IMG/VR virus record: IMGVR_UViG_3300028048_000002
Coordinates: 98,818 to 162,817 of that record
Origin: a virus
Taxonomy: Duplodnaviria; Caudoviricetes
Direction: 5' to 3' (one strand)
Length of the DNA: 64,000 nucleotides
The notes beneath the pieces are model-generated. The model was not told where the DNA came from. It made no database searches and was given only the letters and a program-made list of their open reading frames with translations. Both the position numbers and the translations under genes were made by a program. Every line of letters begins with the position of its first letter. Position 1 is the first letter of the stretch. Below, piece by piece: positions 55,611 to 64,000 of this stretch.

Positions 55611-58331
55611 TTATCTGGATGTTATTGTATTAATATCTGTAGTAGTAATAGGTGTAAGATCCATAGTTCCCGAACCTCCTCCAGAACCTGAATCATACTG
55701 GCCTCCAAGTATTGCTTCAAGTATATCATTTGAAATTCCAGAAATATCTAAATAATTATCCGAAATAGGAGACCAAGTACCATCGCCTTTTAAGAAATAT
55801 TGAGATTCGGTATCAATAGGTGCTGGAACTAACCCCTCTACACCCTCTGATCCTGTGACTACATGAATTTCGCCTAAATTAGAATTTTCAACATTTAAAT
55901 CTACTAAAGTATATATACCTTCAATTAAATCACCCTCATCAGATACTGCGCATAAAAACGCAGGATATGCAGAATAAGGCGTGCCTCCAGCAGGTAATGT
56001 TAATGTGCTTGTAGGTGAGAAAGAATCACCATTTAATATAAAGTATACATAAGTATCTGTAGAAAACGAGCCTTCTACATATGCAGCATATATGTAGTAT
56101 TCATAATCAGGATCCGATTCAGTTCCAGGTATTACTGTAGCTGCAGGTAAACTAATCGAGGATTCTCCTAAATTGACAATAGAAAGGCCTACATACCCTT
56201 CGGGAGGATTAAAAGATTCATTTATATAAACTTGTAAGGAATTAGGATAAAGATTAGAAAGATTGGAAGCATCTTCAGGTAGTTTAGATATAGCAGAAGA
56301 TGCACCTCTAAATACATCAATATCTCCTGAACCCCCACCTTGCCCTGGATCGTATCCTAAAGCCTCTATAACATTATTATGATTGATTGAAATTACACCA
56401 TTTGCTACCGTTATATTATCACCAATTTGAACAATACCATATTGTTCGTGAGAAGCATATTGGTAGCTATACTCTGTAGAAGTCTCTCCAGTTATTGGAT
56501 CAATAACAGATATAGGTTCAATGATACAATTTTCACCAATTATCTGATCTAAATTATTATTTATATTATCAAAAATCTGTTTATCTATATGGGACATTAA
56601 CCCGTCAGAATCGTAATTAACTATATTATATTCTGAAGTTAATGAATCTAAAATTTCATAATGATTGCTATCTTGGATGTAAACAAAAGCATGCAATCCA
56701 GAAGATAATACATCTTTAGCACCTTCAATTTGCTTTCTTCCTGAAATTCCTATGCTTAATTCCATACCTTCAGGGAATACATCTGTGTTGGACATCACAG
56801 AATTTGGAATATGCACATATTTAAATGCTAATTCATTTTCATCTGATGTTGCGTATAAACGCATGATAAAGGAATTTTCAATTTCATCTTCTTCGGGTGC
56901 AGGATTTTCGTCATCTTCCTCAGGTTCAGGATTTTCGTCATCGGAATCTTGAGAATCAATAGGATAAGTTACTTCATATTCTGCAAAATTATTTTCAGTA
57001 TCAAATATATTTAAAGTTACTGAAAAGTCACTACCATCAAATTCTATAGCAGGATTTCCTGATGTATCCTCCCATGTAAATTCTAATACATCATATAGAT
57101 ATGTAGAAATAGTAGAATCCAATTCAGCTACTTGATCTCCACTATCTGAATCTAATGAAAACCCTGTAGTTATACCCGAAGCTTCTACAATATCTGAATG
57201 TAATTCTGCAGATTTATAAGTTATATACGCTTCTAAATTATCATTTATTTTTAATTTAGGAGAATCCACACTATTATCATTTTCAAAATATATAAATGAA
57301 ATAGCACCATCTGTATTTTGATAATTATTTATTGTAACTTCTTTAGTTTGAACATTGCTAGAAGTACTACAATATGCAAATCTTTGAATTGATGATGTAC
57401 CATCAAATTGAATACCATCTATATTTTGAGGTATTTGAAGTTTTTCCGCAGAACCAGCTACCGCAGGCATATAAATATCATATGTTAAGGTTTGCTCAGA
57501 TAATTCAGAATTTACGTCAATAACACTTGTTATAGCTAATGTACCTAGTAAAATATTAGCTTCTTCAGAAGATACTGAAGTATAATTAGGAGTATATTCA
57601 ACTTTAGTAGCATTAGCAGCTACAAAATCTAATTTATTTCTATATTCATTTGTAAAATCATTAGTAGATAATTGTTTGCCTTCTACTTGATCTACCTTAT
57701 GATTCCAGTATTCTCTAGTTTCTTGAGTTATATGCTGAACAGAAGGGTCTGTTTTATAAAAAAGAAGATTCCCAGCAGTGTCAGTAGCTTGTGTTCCGTC
57801 ATCTCTTAATACAGGATGGATACCTTCTGACGCATCAATAGTAGTTATAGGATTTCCATCTGAATCTGTTAATATGTCATCTATATGATATTGTAATTTA
57901 GCATCAATATTATCTGTTATGTCATCTACATAGATTCTAGGAACAGCTATCAGATCTTTTACAGTTAAAGTAGAATTATCAGTAAATTCAGCTGTAATAT
58001 CTCCTCCAGCAGTTTCAATAAGTTCACATTGCTTAGACTGGAAATCTTCAAAAGCATCAGTATGATAATCAAGATATAAATCAATATCATTTACATTAGT
58101 TGAAAGGATTACAGGTCCTGTAAATCCTCCACCTGAAATATCAAATTTAGATGTATCCGTAAGTTTACGTCGTACAATTTCACCGGATGCGCTAGATTCT
58201 GTGTCAAATTCTCTATATTCAAGGTAAACATCCCCCGTATCTTCTTGATATAGAAGGCGACCTGAAATAAAATCATCAGGCATTGAAGTGCTTTTACCTC
58301 TCCAATAACTTACTTTCTCTGCTCTAGCCAT
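55611..58331 (-). CDS. Large acidic tail-fibre-like protein
   Basis: HIT.E.R..WN.K, KQLSTNDFT, A.SA.KL..P..I.G..FDGT, GIVQIGDNITV, GLVPAP...FLKGDGTW motifs. Confidence 0.7.
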   Translation of the reverse strand: MARAEKVSYWRGKSTSMPDDFISGRLLYQEDTGDVYLEYREFDTESSASGEIVRRKLTDTSKFDISGGGFTGPVILSTNVNDIDLYLDYHTDAFEDFQSKQCELIETAGGDITAEFTDNSTLTVKDLIAVPRIYVDDITDNIDAKLQYHIDDILTDSDGNPITTIDASEGIHPVLRDDGTQATDTAGNLLFYKTDPSVQHITQETREYWNHKVDQVEGKQLSTNDFTNEYRNKLDFVAANATKVEYTPNYTSVSSEEANILLGTLAITSVIDVNSELSEQTLTYDIYMPAVAGSAEKLQIPQNIDGIQFDGTSSIQRFAYCSTSSNVQTKEVTINNYQNTDGAISFIYFENDNSVDSPKLKINDNLEAYITYKSAELHSDIVEASGITTGFSLDSDSGDQVAELDSTISTYLYDVLEFTWEDTSGNPAIEFDGSDFSVTLNIFDTENNFAEYEVTYPIDSQDSDDENPEPEEDDENPAPEEDEIENSFIMRLYATSDENELAFKYVHIPNSVMSNTDVFPEGMELSIGISGRKQIEGAKDVLSSGLHAFVYIQDSNHYEILDSLTSEYNIVNYDSDGLMSHIDKQIFDNINNNLDQIIGENCIIEPISVIDPITGETSTEYSYQYASHEQYGIVQIGDNITVANGVISINHNNVIEALGYDPGQGGGSGDIDVFRGASSAISKLPEDASNLSNLYPNSLQVYINESFNPPEGYVGLSIVNLGESSISLPAATVIPGTESDPDYEYYIYAAYVEGSFSTDTYVYFILNGDSFSPTSTLTLPAGGTPYSAYPAFLCAVSDEGDLIEGIYTLVDLNVENSNLGEIHVVTGSEGVEGLVPAPIDTESQYFLKGDGTWSPISDNYLDISGISNDILEAILGGQYDSGSGGGSGTMDLTPITTTDINTITSR

Positions 58332-58339
58332 GTAAATTC

Positions 58340-58573
58340 CTATCGATTAGTAACTAAATAAATATCATATAAATCAGTTTCTTGTATAGGTTTTATAATT
58401 TCAGGTTTATCTAATTGGGTAAGATACCAACCACAAATTTTTCTATTACCTTCATATGAAAACCAACCGAATCCAACAACCCATTTAATAGAAGAAAATC
58501 TACTGAGTAAAATTACATCATCAGGATGTATAAATGTAACTCCATCCGGCAATGCTAACATCATTTCACCCAT
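58340..58573 (-). CDS. Hypothetical protein (first gene of the tail operon)
   Basis: GAGAGG RBS within a hairpin. Confidence 0.55.
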   Translation of the reverse strand: MGEMMLALPDGVTFIHPDDVILLSRFSSIKWVVGFGWFSYEGNRKICGWYLTQLDKPEIIKPIQETDLYDIYLVTNR

Positions 58574-58632
58574 AATAATACCTCTCTTATGACAAATATC
58601 AGACAGATAAAAGGTCCTAGAGAGGTATTGAG

Positions 58633-58827
58633 CTAGAATTTTGATTTTGATGAATTAGAATTTATAAGTATTCTTCGCTTTCTACGCTTGATAGCTGCTA
58701 AAGTTTCAATTTTTTCAAAATATTCTTCTACATATTTATCTTCAGCTGTTTGAGCTTCTTTTTTAGTAGGATAAAATCTATTTTGTAAAGAAGAGTAATA
58801 AAATTTAGTAATCATAAACATCATCAT
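58633..58827 (-). CDS. Small hypothetical protein
   Basis: YYS.....FY.T.KEA..AE pattern common in phage small proteins. Confidence 0.45.
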   Translation of the reverse strand: MMMFMITKFYYSSLQNRFYPTKKEAQTAEDKYVEEYFEKIETLAAIKRRKRRILINSNSSKSKF

Positions 58828-60631
58828 CCAAATTTGTTATATAACAAGAATCAACTGTCTCTAAATCAAATATACCTGCAATAAAAATTTGAGTATATTG
58901 AGAAAGTTTATGTATATTTTTAATAACGGTTTTAAGATTTTTAGCATCTAGATGATCAAATAAGTCATCAATAAGTATGAAATTCAAAGTGTATCCCGCC
59001 AAACGATTCAGAACAATTTGGAATATTAATGTAAATATGCATTTTTCACCTGAGGATAATTGATTAAAAGATATGAATTTATCATTCCTAGTTACTCCAA
59101 AATCAAAAGAATTCAATTTTTCTGAAATAACAAAGTGCACAGATCCAAAAGAAGATAATTTTAAATCATCTAAATACTTGTTAAAGTTAGTAGAAAAATC
59201 TTTAAAAGCTTTAAGCGACAGCTCAGATTGCAACCCATTTTCACCTGTAAGCTTAATAGCTGCTTTAACAAATTTTATAGTTTCGGTTAATGTATACCTT
59301 TGTTCTTGGAGTTTTTTCATCATTTCATTATACTGTTTATTAGCAGAAGCTTTAATAAGATCTTGATGCAAAGTTTCAATTTCTTTTTTAATTTCTGCAG
59401 ATGAAACTTCTGGATATTTTATATCAGTATATTGTTGTAATTCTGTATATAATATTGTAAGTGTTTTCTTTTCATACTCTAAGTCTTTTAATGCTTCATC
59501 ATTTTCATTATATATTGATAGCTTTTTAGATAACGTCTCTTTTAACGCTCTAAGATCTGCATCTAGAATATCAATGCGAGATGTAACATCATTATATAAA
59601 GTTGTAACTTCCGAAACATACGTTTCTAAAGATTCACAAGGAGTATTCATCAGAGGACAAGTATTTTCAGAATTAATTACATTTTGATACATAGCTTTCT
59701 CAAGTAACAACTTATTTTTTTCTTTAGTTTTATCATCTATTGAGCTTTCAATGCAGGTAATATCTGCTTTCAATGCACTAAGGATTTCAGTACGATCTTG
59801 TATAAATGTATCAATTTGATCTAATGAAGTTAATTCATGAGAATCTAGTTTAGTTTGAATACGTTGTTTTGCTTCTAATTTATGTTCAATTTCAGAAATT
59901 TCATCCCTTTTATGCATTAATTGATTCAAAGTTTGTCTGATACTTTCAGTATCGTATGTACCTGAATATTCATCATAAAACATAAGAGATTGTACAGTAG
60001 ATGTTAGCCGTTTATCTTCTGCATTTAATCTAGATTGAACTTCTTTTAAGTAACTATTGCAAGAAGCTATATCTGCTACCGTTGTAAATCTAGGAAATCT
60101 TTCAATAATTTCATCAAGAAGTTCTTTACAATTAGAAGTATATGAATCTAAATTAATAAAACAACTTGATGCATCAAAAGAATCTGTGCAGCTAGGTAAC
60201 ATAGATATCAACATTTCTTTTTGTTTGTTTGAACTTAAAGCTATGAATTCATCAAAGTTCAAGATAGAAATATCAGAATTTCGGACGATATCTTCAATAG
60301 TATAATTATCAGGATAAATTTCTAAATTTTCAGAAATATTTTTTCCTGTTTTAATAAAAGATCTACGCACTATAATATCTTGATTAGTCTGATAATCAGA
60401 TAGTCGTAATTCTATGGTTATAGAATTATGAAAACTATGCGATAGTATGCTGGATTTAGTTTTAGCCGTTCCCGGTATATAACCAAGTAATGCCAGCTGT
60501 ATAGCTTGAAGAATAGTAGATTTTCCTGACCCATTTTTTCCTGTTAAAAAATTTACATCAGGCCTGAAGCAATATTTATTCATTGAAGTGTTATGCAAAC
60601 CATCAATATTTACTCCGACTAATTTCATCAA
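58805..60631 (-). CDS. SbcC/Rad50-like SMC ATPase
   Basis: Walker A GKNGSGKST, coiled coil with CP....C hook, signature LSSGE, Walker B ILIDD. Confidence 0.85.
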   Translation of the reverse strand: MMKLVGVNIDGLHNTSMNKYCFRPDVNFLTGKNGSGKSTILQAIQLALLGYIPGTAKTKSSILSHSFHNSITIELRLSDYQTNQDIIVRRSFIKTGKNISENLEIYPDNYTIEDIVRNSDISILNFDEFIALSSNKQKEMLISMLPSCTDSFDASSCFINLDSYTSNCKELLDEIIERFPRFTTVADIASCNSYLKEVQSRLNAEDKRLTSTVQSLMFYDEYSGTYDTESIRQTLNQLMHKRDEISEIEHKLEAKQRIQTKLDSHELTSLDQIDTFIQDRTEILSALKADITCIESSIDDKTKEKNKLLLEKAMYQNVINSENTCPLMNTPCESLETYVSEVTTLYNDVTSRIDILDADLRALKETLSKKLSIYNENDEALKDLEYEKKTLTILYTELQQYTDIKYPEVSSAEIKKEIETLHQDLIKASANKQYNEMMKKLQEQRYTLTETIKFVKAAIKLTGENGLQSELSLKAFKDFSTNFNKYLDDLKLSSFGSVHFVISEKLNSFDFGVTRNDKFISFNQLSSGEKCIFTLIFQIVLNRLAGYTLNFILIDDLFDHLDAKNLKTVIKNIHKLSQYTQIFIAGIFDLETVDSCYITNLDDDVYDY

Positions 60632-60855
60632 TTTTTACCACCTTCCGTAGGATCATATTTATCTAGTATTCTCAAAATAGGAACTCTAGAAGAATTGATA
60701 ATAATAGTGTTTCCATAGTTGTCTTTTCCTAAAAGTGGATACCCATTATGAAAATTTTTCATAATTACGTCGGGTTCCAGTTCTATAAAAAGTTTCATTT
60801 GGATATTAGATAAGTATGCTATAACAGTAATTGGTTTAATTTTTGGTTTTGTCAT
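60628..60855 (-). CDS. Hypothetical protein
   Basis: Small ORF in operon. Confidence 0.45.
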   Translation of the reverse strand: MTKPKIKPITVIAYLSNIQMKLFIELEPDVIMKNFHNGYPLLGKDNYGNTIIINSSRVPILRILDKYDPTEGGKN

Positions 60856-61159
60856 GATTAATAGTCAAATCTTCTCGAATAAATAATATGTTGTTAAATT
60901 TGATAGCTATAGTTTTGCTTTTATCCGAAATGAATTCCAATGAGTCATTTAGATCGTATCTTTTATTCCATATTTTAGATGCTTCATATAAAGCTTTAGC
61001 TGAAGTCAAAGAAAACTTAATTACACTACTATTACAGTACGGACATATGATTTTTCCATAAGCTAAAGTAAACATTCTCCAAGTTTCTGCGTAAGGACGA
61101 TTTCCACAATGCGGACAATTTATTAATTCTAAGTTTTTAAGTAATTTGTTTGTTTTCAT
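60836..61159 (-). CDS. Lar-like restriction alleviation Zn-finger protein
   Basis: L..CPHCG...CPYC...A...WNKR. Confidence 0.6.
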   Translation of the reverse strand: MKTNKLLKNLELINCPHCGNRPYAETWRMFTLAYGKIICPYCNSSVIKFSLTSAKALYEASKIWNKRYDLNDSLEFISDKSKTIAIKFNNILFIREDLTINHDKTKN

Positions 61160-61160
61160 T

Positions 61161-62675
61161 TTAATTTAAGTATTCTAACGAATTTCCTATAATAAATAAC
61201 GTATCTTTTGCTCTAGTACATGCTACATAAAACAAATTTTTATTATCTTCTGAAGATAGCACATGAAAAGCAGGAGTGTTCACTCCATAAACATAAACAG
61301 TAGAAAACTCTAACCCTTTAACAGAATGAATTGTACCAACATATAACAAAGTATCTTGAGACATATAAGAAATTTCAGAAAGTGAAAGTTCACCTAATTC
61401 GTATAATTGTTTCATGCTATAAAACTCATCGGTATCTTGTATATCGTAAATTTTTTTAAATTGATCTGTAAATACAGATTTCAAATAGGCTAAGATATTA
61501 AAATTCTTATCAAAGTTTTTTCTACTTAATATATTTAATTGTTGTTCCGTAGGTAATTGGTTTATGAAAAAATCTATGCAATAATTTGAATCTAATGCAC
61601 ATTTATATAATGCAATTTCTAATAGACTTTGGTTAGTTTGATACGATACACAATGGTTATCTAATATATTGCATAAATACTGTACTTCTTTATTAGTTCT
61701 GCATAATATAGCTGAATTAGTAGTTTCAAGATTATCTATACTGGAAAAAAATTCAGATAATGACATAGCAATTACTTCAGAACCATGTCTTTCAGATTTC
61801 AATTCAATTGAAGCATAATTATCTTTAAAGCATTTTAAGAAATCATTTGCATAATTGCAGATTTCAATGGTTGATCTATAATTCTTATCTAATATATGAG
61901 TTTCCCAAGTATCATTATCGTAAATTTCTTTAAGTACGCTGTTAGTGCAACCTCTGAAAGAATATATGTTTTGTCGTATATCCCCTACAACACAAATACT
62001 AGAATATTTCATAAAAGCTTGTACAAATTTCCATTGAAGTAAATCAGTATCTTGAAATTCATCTACATATATATGTGTAAATTTGACTAAATACTTAGAT
62101 ATTAAGGGATTGCAATCAATAAATAATTTAGTTATACAAGATATTATCCGCTCAAATGTAATTAAATTTCTTTCTAGCATTACACGTTTTAATACTTTAT
62201 GAAATAATTCGTATTCAAACTTTTGTGATTCCTTAGGTGAATAGGATAACTTAAAAGCTTTAGCAGGCAGTTTAACTCCGGTAATTGCTTTTACTTCTAA
62301 ACAAAGTGCTTTTTCTTGAATATCATCAATAACATTTGGTATAGTTGAATAACCTAAATGATGCAGTATATCTTGATCTTTACACAATAAAGAATAGCAA
62401 AAGCTGTGAAAAGTAGTGAATACTGGATAAGATGTTAAGTTAGAATACTGTTTAAATCTAGCAAGCATTTCTGAGCTTGCTGAATGCGTAAAAGTTAAAG
62501 CAAGTATACATTCAGGGTCAATATTGAGAATTTCAGTTTGATATAAAATTTTTGTAATTAATGTATGTGTCTTACCTGTACCAGCTCCTGCTAAACATAA
62601 AAGTCGTCTACCAGAGGAGTAGACGACTTCAAGTTGTTGAGGATTTAACGATTCAAAAATAGCATCTATATTCAT
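61161..62675 (-). CDS. UvrD/Rep/PcrA superfamily 1 helicase
   Basis: LNPQQ, AGAGTGKT, TFHSF, VDEFQD, VGD.RQ.IYSFRG, NYRST, TIHSVKGLEF, YVACTRAK. Confidence 0.93.
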   Translation of the reverse strand: MNIDAIFESLNPQQLEVVYSSGRRLLCLAGAGTGKTHTLITKILYQTEILNIDPECILALTFTHSASSEMLARFKQYSNLTSYPVFTTFHSFCYSLLCKDQDILHHLGYSTIPNVIDDIQEKALCLEVKAITGVKLPAKAFKLSYSPKESQKFEYELFHKVLKRVMLERNLITFERIISCITKLFIDCNPLISKYLVKFTHIYVDEFQDTDLLQWKFVQAFMKYSSICVVGDIRQNIYSFRGCTNSVLKEIYDNDTWETHILDKNYRSTIEICNYANDFLKCFKDNYASIELKSERHGSEVIAMSLSEFFSSIDNLETTNSAILCRTNKEVQYLCNILDNHCVSYQTNQSLLEIALYKCALDSNYCIDFFINQLPTEQQLNILSRKNFDKNFNILAYLKSVFTDQFKKIYDIQDTDEFYSMKQLYELGELSLSEISYMSQDTLLYVGTIHSVKGLEFSTVYVYGVNTPAFHVLSSEDNKNLFYVACTRAKDTLFIIGNSLEYLN

Positions 62676-62682
62676 ACTAACC

Positions 62683-62901
62683 TTAGACGTCGTTTATATG
62701 CCTTTCATAAGATATACTAACGATATCCTTATGCATATCAACATATTTCAACCCAACCGCACCTATGACCAGGAACCCAGCAAGAATCAGATAACTACCA
62801 ATAACCAAATAAATTGAAGTATTAGGATCAAAGTTAATAGAACTAATAAGTACAAAACTTCCTGCTACGAAAATTTCAGAAATAACCTTGATGATCTTCA
62901 T
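62683..62901 (-). CDS. Small two-TM membrane protein
   Basis: Two hydrophobic segments; AAGGAG RBS. Confidence 0.55.
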   Translation of the reverse strand: MKIIKVISEIFVAGSFVLISSINFDPNTSIYLVIGSYLILAGFLVIGAVGLKYVDMHKDIVSISYERHINDV

Positions 62902-62929
62902 ATGAACTCCTTAATTAAACATATATACT

Positions 62930-63184
62930 TTAGAAAGACTTTATGGGTGCATACCCTCTTACAATTTTATGTATATGGACGTATTCATCCCATTCTTCAG
63001 AAGTCCAGCTATTAGAAGTATGAGTATGCTGATGTTCAATTGTATTGAGCCAAGATTCTAAATCGGGATCAACTTTAAATGCTCTTACAGAAGGTTCATT
63101 ACTATCTTGGACTTCAACATAATCATCAAAATCATCCCAAACACGTTCAATAAGAGTTTCATAATAATTTGAAGATTTAATCAT
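62930..63184 (-). CDS. Hypothetical early protein
   Basis: AAGGAG RBS and its own sigma70 promoter. Confidence 0.6.
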   Translation of the reverse strand: MIKSSNYYETLIERVWDDFDDYVEVQDSNEPSVRAFKVDPDLESWLNTIEHQHTHTSNSWTSEEWDEYVHIHKIVRGYAPIKSF

Positions 63185-63223
63185 GTCGACGCTCCTTAGC
63201 TTTTGATATGTTTCGACAACACG

Positions 63224-63252
63224 ATTATATGAAACTAGTAGAAAAAAGTCAA
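63224..63252 (-). promoter_or_regulatory. Sigma70 early promoter
   Basis: TTGACT-17 nt-TATAAT. Confidence 0.8.
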
Positions 63253-63273
63253 TATAGAATTATAAAGAAATTA

Positions 63274-63438
63274 TCACCATTTTCCTTGTTGCTTTAACTT
63301 TTTGACCCAACATGTGTACGAACATACAAATCTAACATGCCCATGATCTCTATATTTGTAAATAGATTCTATAGGTTTAAAGAATTTTTTACCACAAACT
63401 GGACATTTTCGTTCATCAAAAATTTTATTATTATCCAT
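63274..63438 (-). CDS. Small TRASH/YHS-like Zn-finger protein (54 aa, not in the ORF track)
   Basis: MDNNKIFDERKCPVCGKKFFKP...FVCSYTCWVKKLKQQGKW. Confidence 0.6.
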   Translation of the reverse strand: MDNNKIFDERKCPVCGKKFFKPIESIYKYRDHGHVRFVCSYTCWVKKLKQQGKW

Positions 63439-63446
63439 AATATCTA

Positions 63447-64000
63447 TTAATCTCTATCTTTAATGATCCATTTGAGATATTGATCACATTCTTCCTCACA
63501 TATAGGACAAGTACCTGATATCTTTTCAATTTCTTGATCACTCTCAATTACAGCAGAAATAAATACTCCATGACATTTTTCACATTCTGCAATAAAATGA
63601 TTTGATATGTTGTTTTCCAACTCAATATCGACATTATCTTCCTCGAAATTGCTCAGCATTTCGTTCATTTCATCTAGAGTATCAGACATGTCGTCTATAC
63701 TATCGCTAACATCCTCAGAATCATCAACTTTAGCAAATTCTTCATCATCAAATTCTTCATCATCAAATTCTTCATCATCAAATGCCATGTCACCGAAAGG
63801 ATCTTCATCATCCTCAGCAGCCATAATAGATGTAGAAGCGGTAACTTTTATAGGATTAGAATTAAAAGCTTTAGCATCATAGGGCTGATTCATAGACATA
63901 TAGTATCTATGCATATAAGCATCATGTAGATCTTGAGGATATAAAGTAGGAAATACCAATTCCTCTTCTGCAGGGTCATCCATACATTCGTATGTTAACT
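63447..64000 (-). CDS. Acidic protein with C-terminal Zn ribbon (frame open to the window edge, probably 5'-partial)
   Basis: CEKC...CPIC; no stop codon between 63983 and 64000 in this frame. Confidence 0.6.
   Translation of the reverse strand, partial: LTYECMDDPAEEELVFPTLYPQDLHDAYMHRYYMSMNQPYDAKAFNSNPIKVTASTSIMAAEDDEDPFGDMAFDDEEFDDEEFDDEEFAKVDDSEDVSDSIDDMSDTLDEMNEMLSNFEEDNVDIELENNISNHFIAECEKCHGVFISAVIESDQEIEKISGTCPICEEECDQYLKWIIKDRD
63735..63783. repeat. 15 bp tandem repeat x3 encoding DDEEF
   Basis: (AAATTCTTCATCATC)x3. Confidence 0.9.

Noticed and set aside
56880-56945. Short duplication encoding DDENPEPEE/DDENPAPEE in the fibre gene, as a DGR or variable repeat
   Set aside because: Simple low-complexity linker duplication; no reverse transcriptase or adenine-specific TR/VR pair seen.
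447-63882. Numerous short plus-strand and nested ORFs in the track (e.g. 447-710, 526-723, 7363-7551, 11302-11529, 38867-39208, 43432-43758, 50849-51253, 63607-63882)
   Set aside because: They lie antisense to or inside well-supported minus-strand genes, lack RBSs and have the composition of reverse-frame shadows.

Overview
This is a 64 kb segment of a large, AT-rich (about 30% GC by eye) tailed dsDNA phage. A contractile tail-sheath N-terminus at the left edge suggests a myovirus. Almost every gene is on the minus strand and the standard code is used (TAG is a real stop). From left to right the window holds: (1) tail sheath, neck, portal and terminase genes, with an apparently dead NAD-ligase-like gene between portal and terminase; (2) a TGT/DpdA-like transglycosylase; (3) a replication/recombination block with delta', delta and intein-bearing DnaX clamp-loader subunits, a resolvase, RecA, a Cas4-like nuclease, beta clamp, intein-bearing family A DNA polymerase, SSB and a degenerate QueD; (4) a 4 kb tRNA/ncRNA island; (5) two sigma-like genes, primase, DnaB and an AT-rich candidate origin; (6) dUTPase, NrdDG and NrdH; (7) an accessory region ending in a preQ1-like riboswitch, VUT/YhhQ transporter, amidase, DUF4406 and glycosyltransferase-like cluster; (8) tail/fibre genes, an SbcC/Rad50-like ATPase and a UvrD helicase. 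The RNA island is the most striking part. A Ro60/TROVE gene is flanked by four copies of a covarying Y-RNA-like scaffold, one carrying a circularly permuted tRNA and at least two displaying anticodon-loop mimics. The island also has two copies of a second, unrecognised three-way-junction RNA, eight tRNAs, and a PD-(D/E)XK homing endonuclease cassette that appears to have split an ancestral tRNA gene. All protein calls are by motif recognition only; no searches were run.
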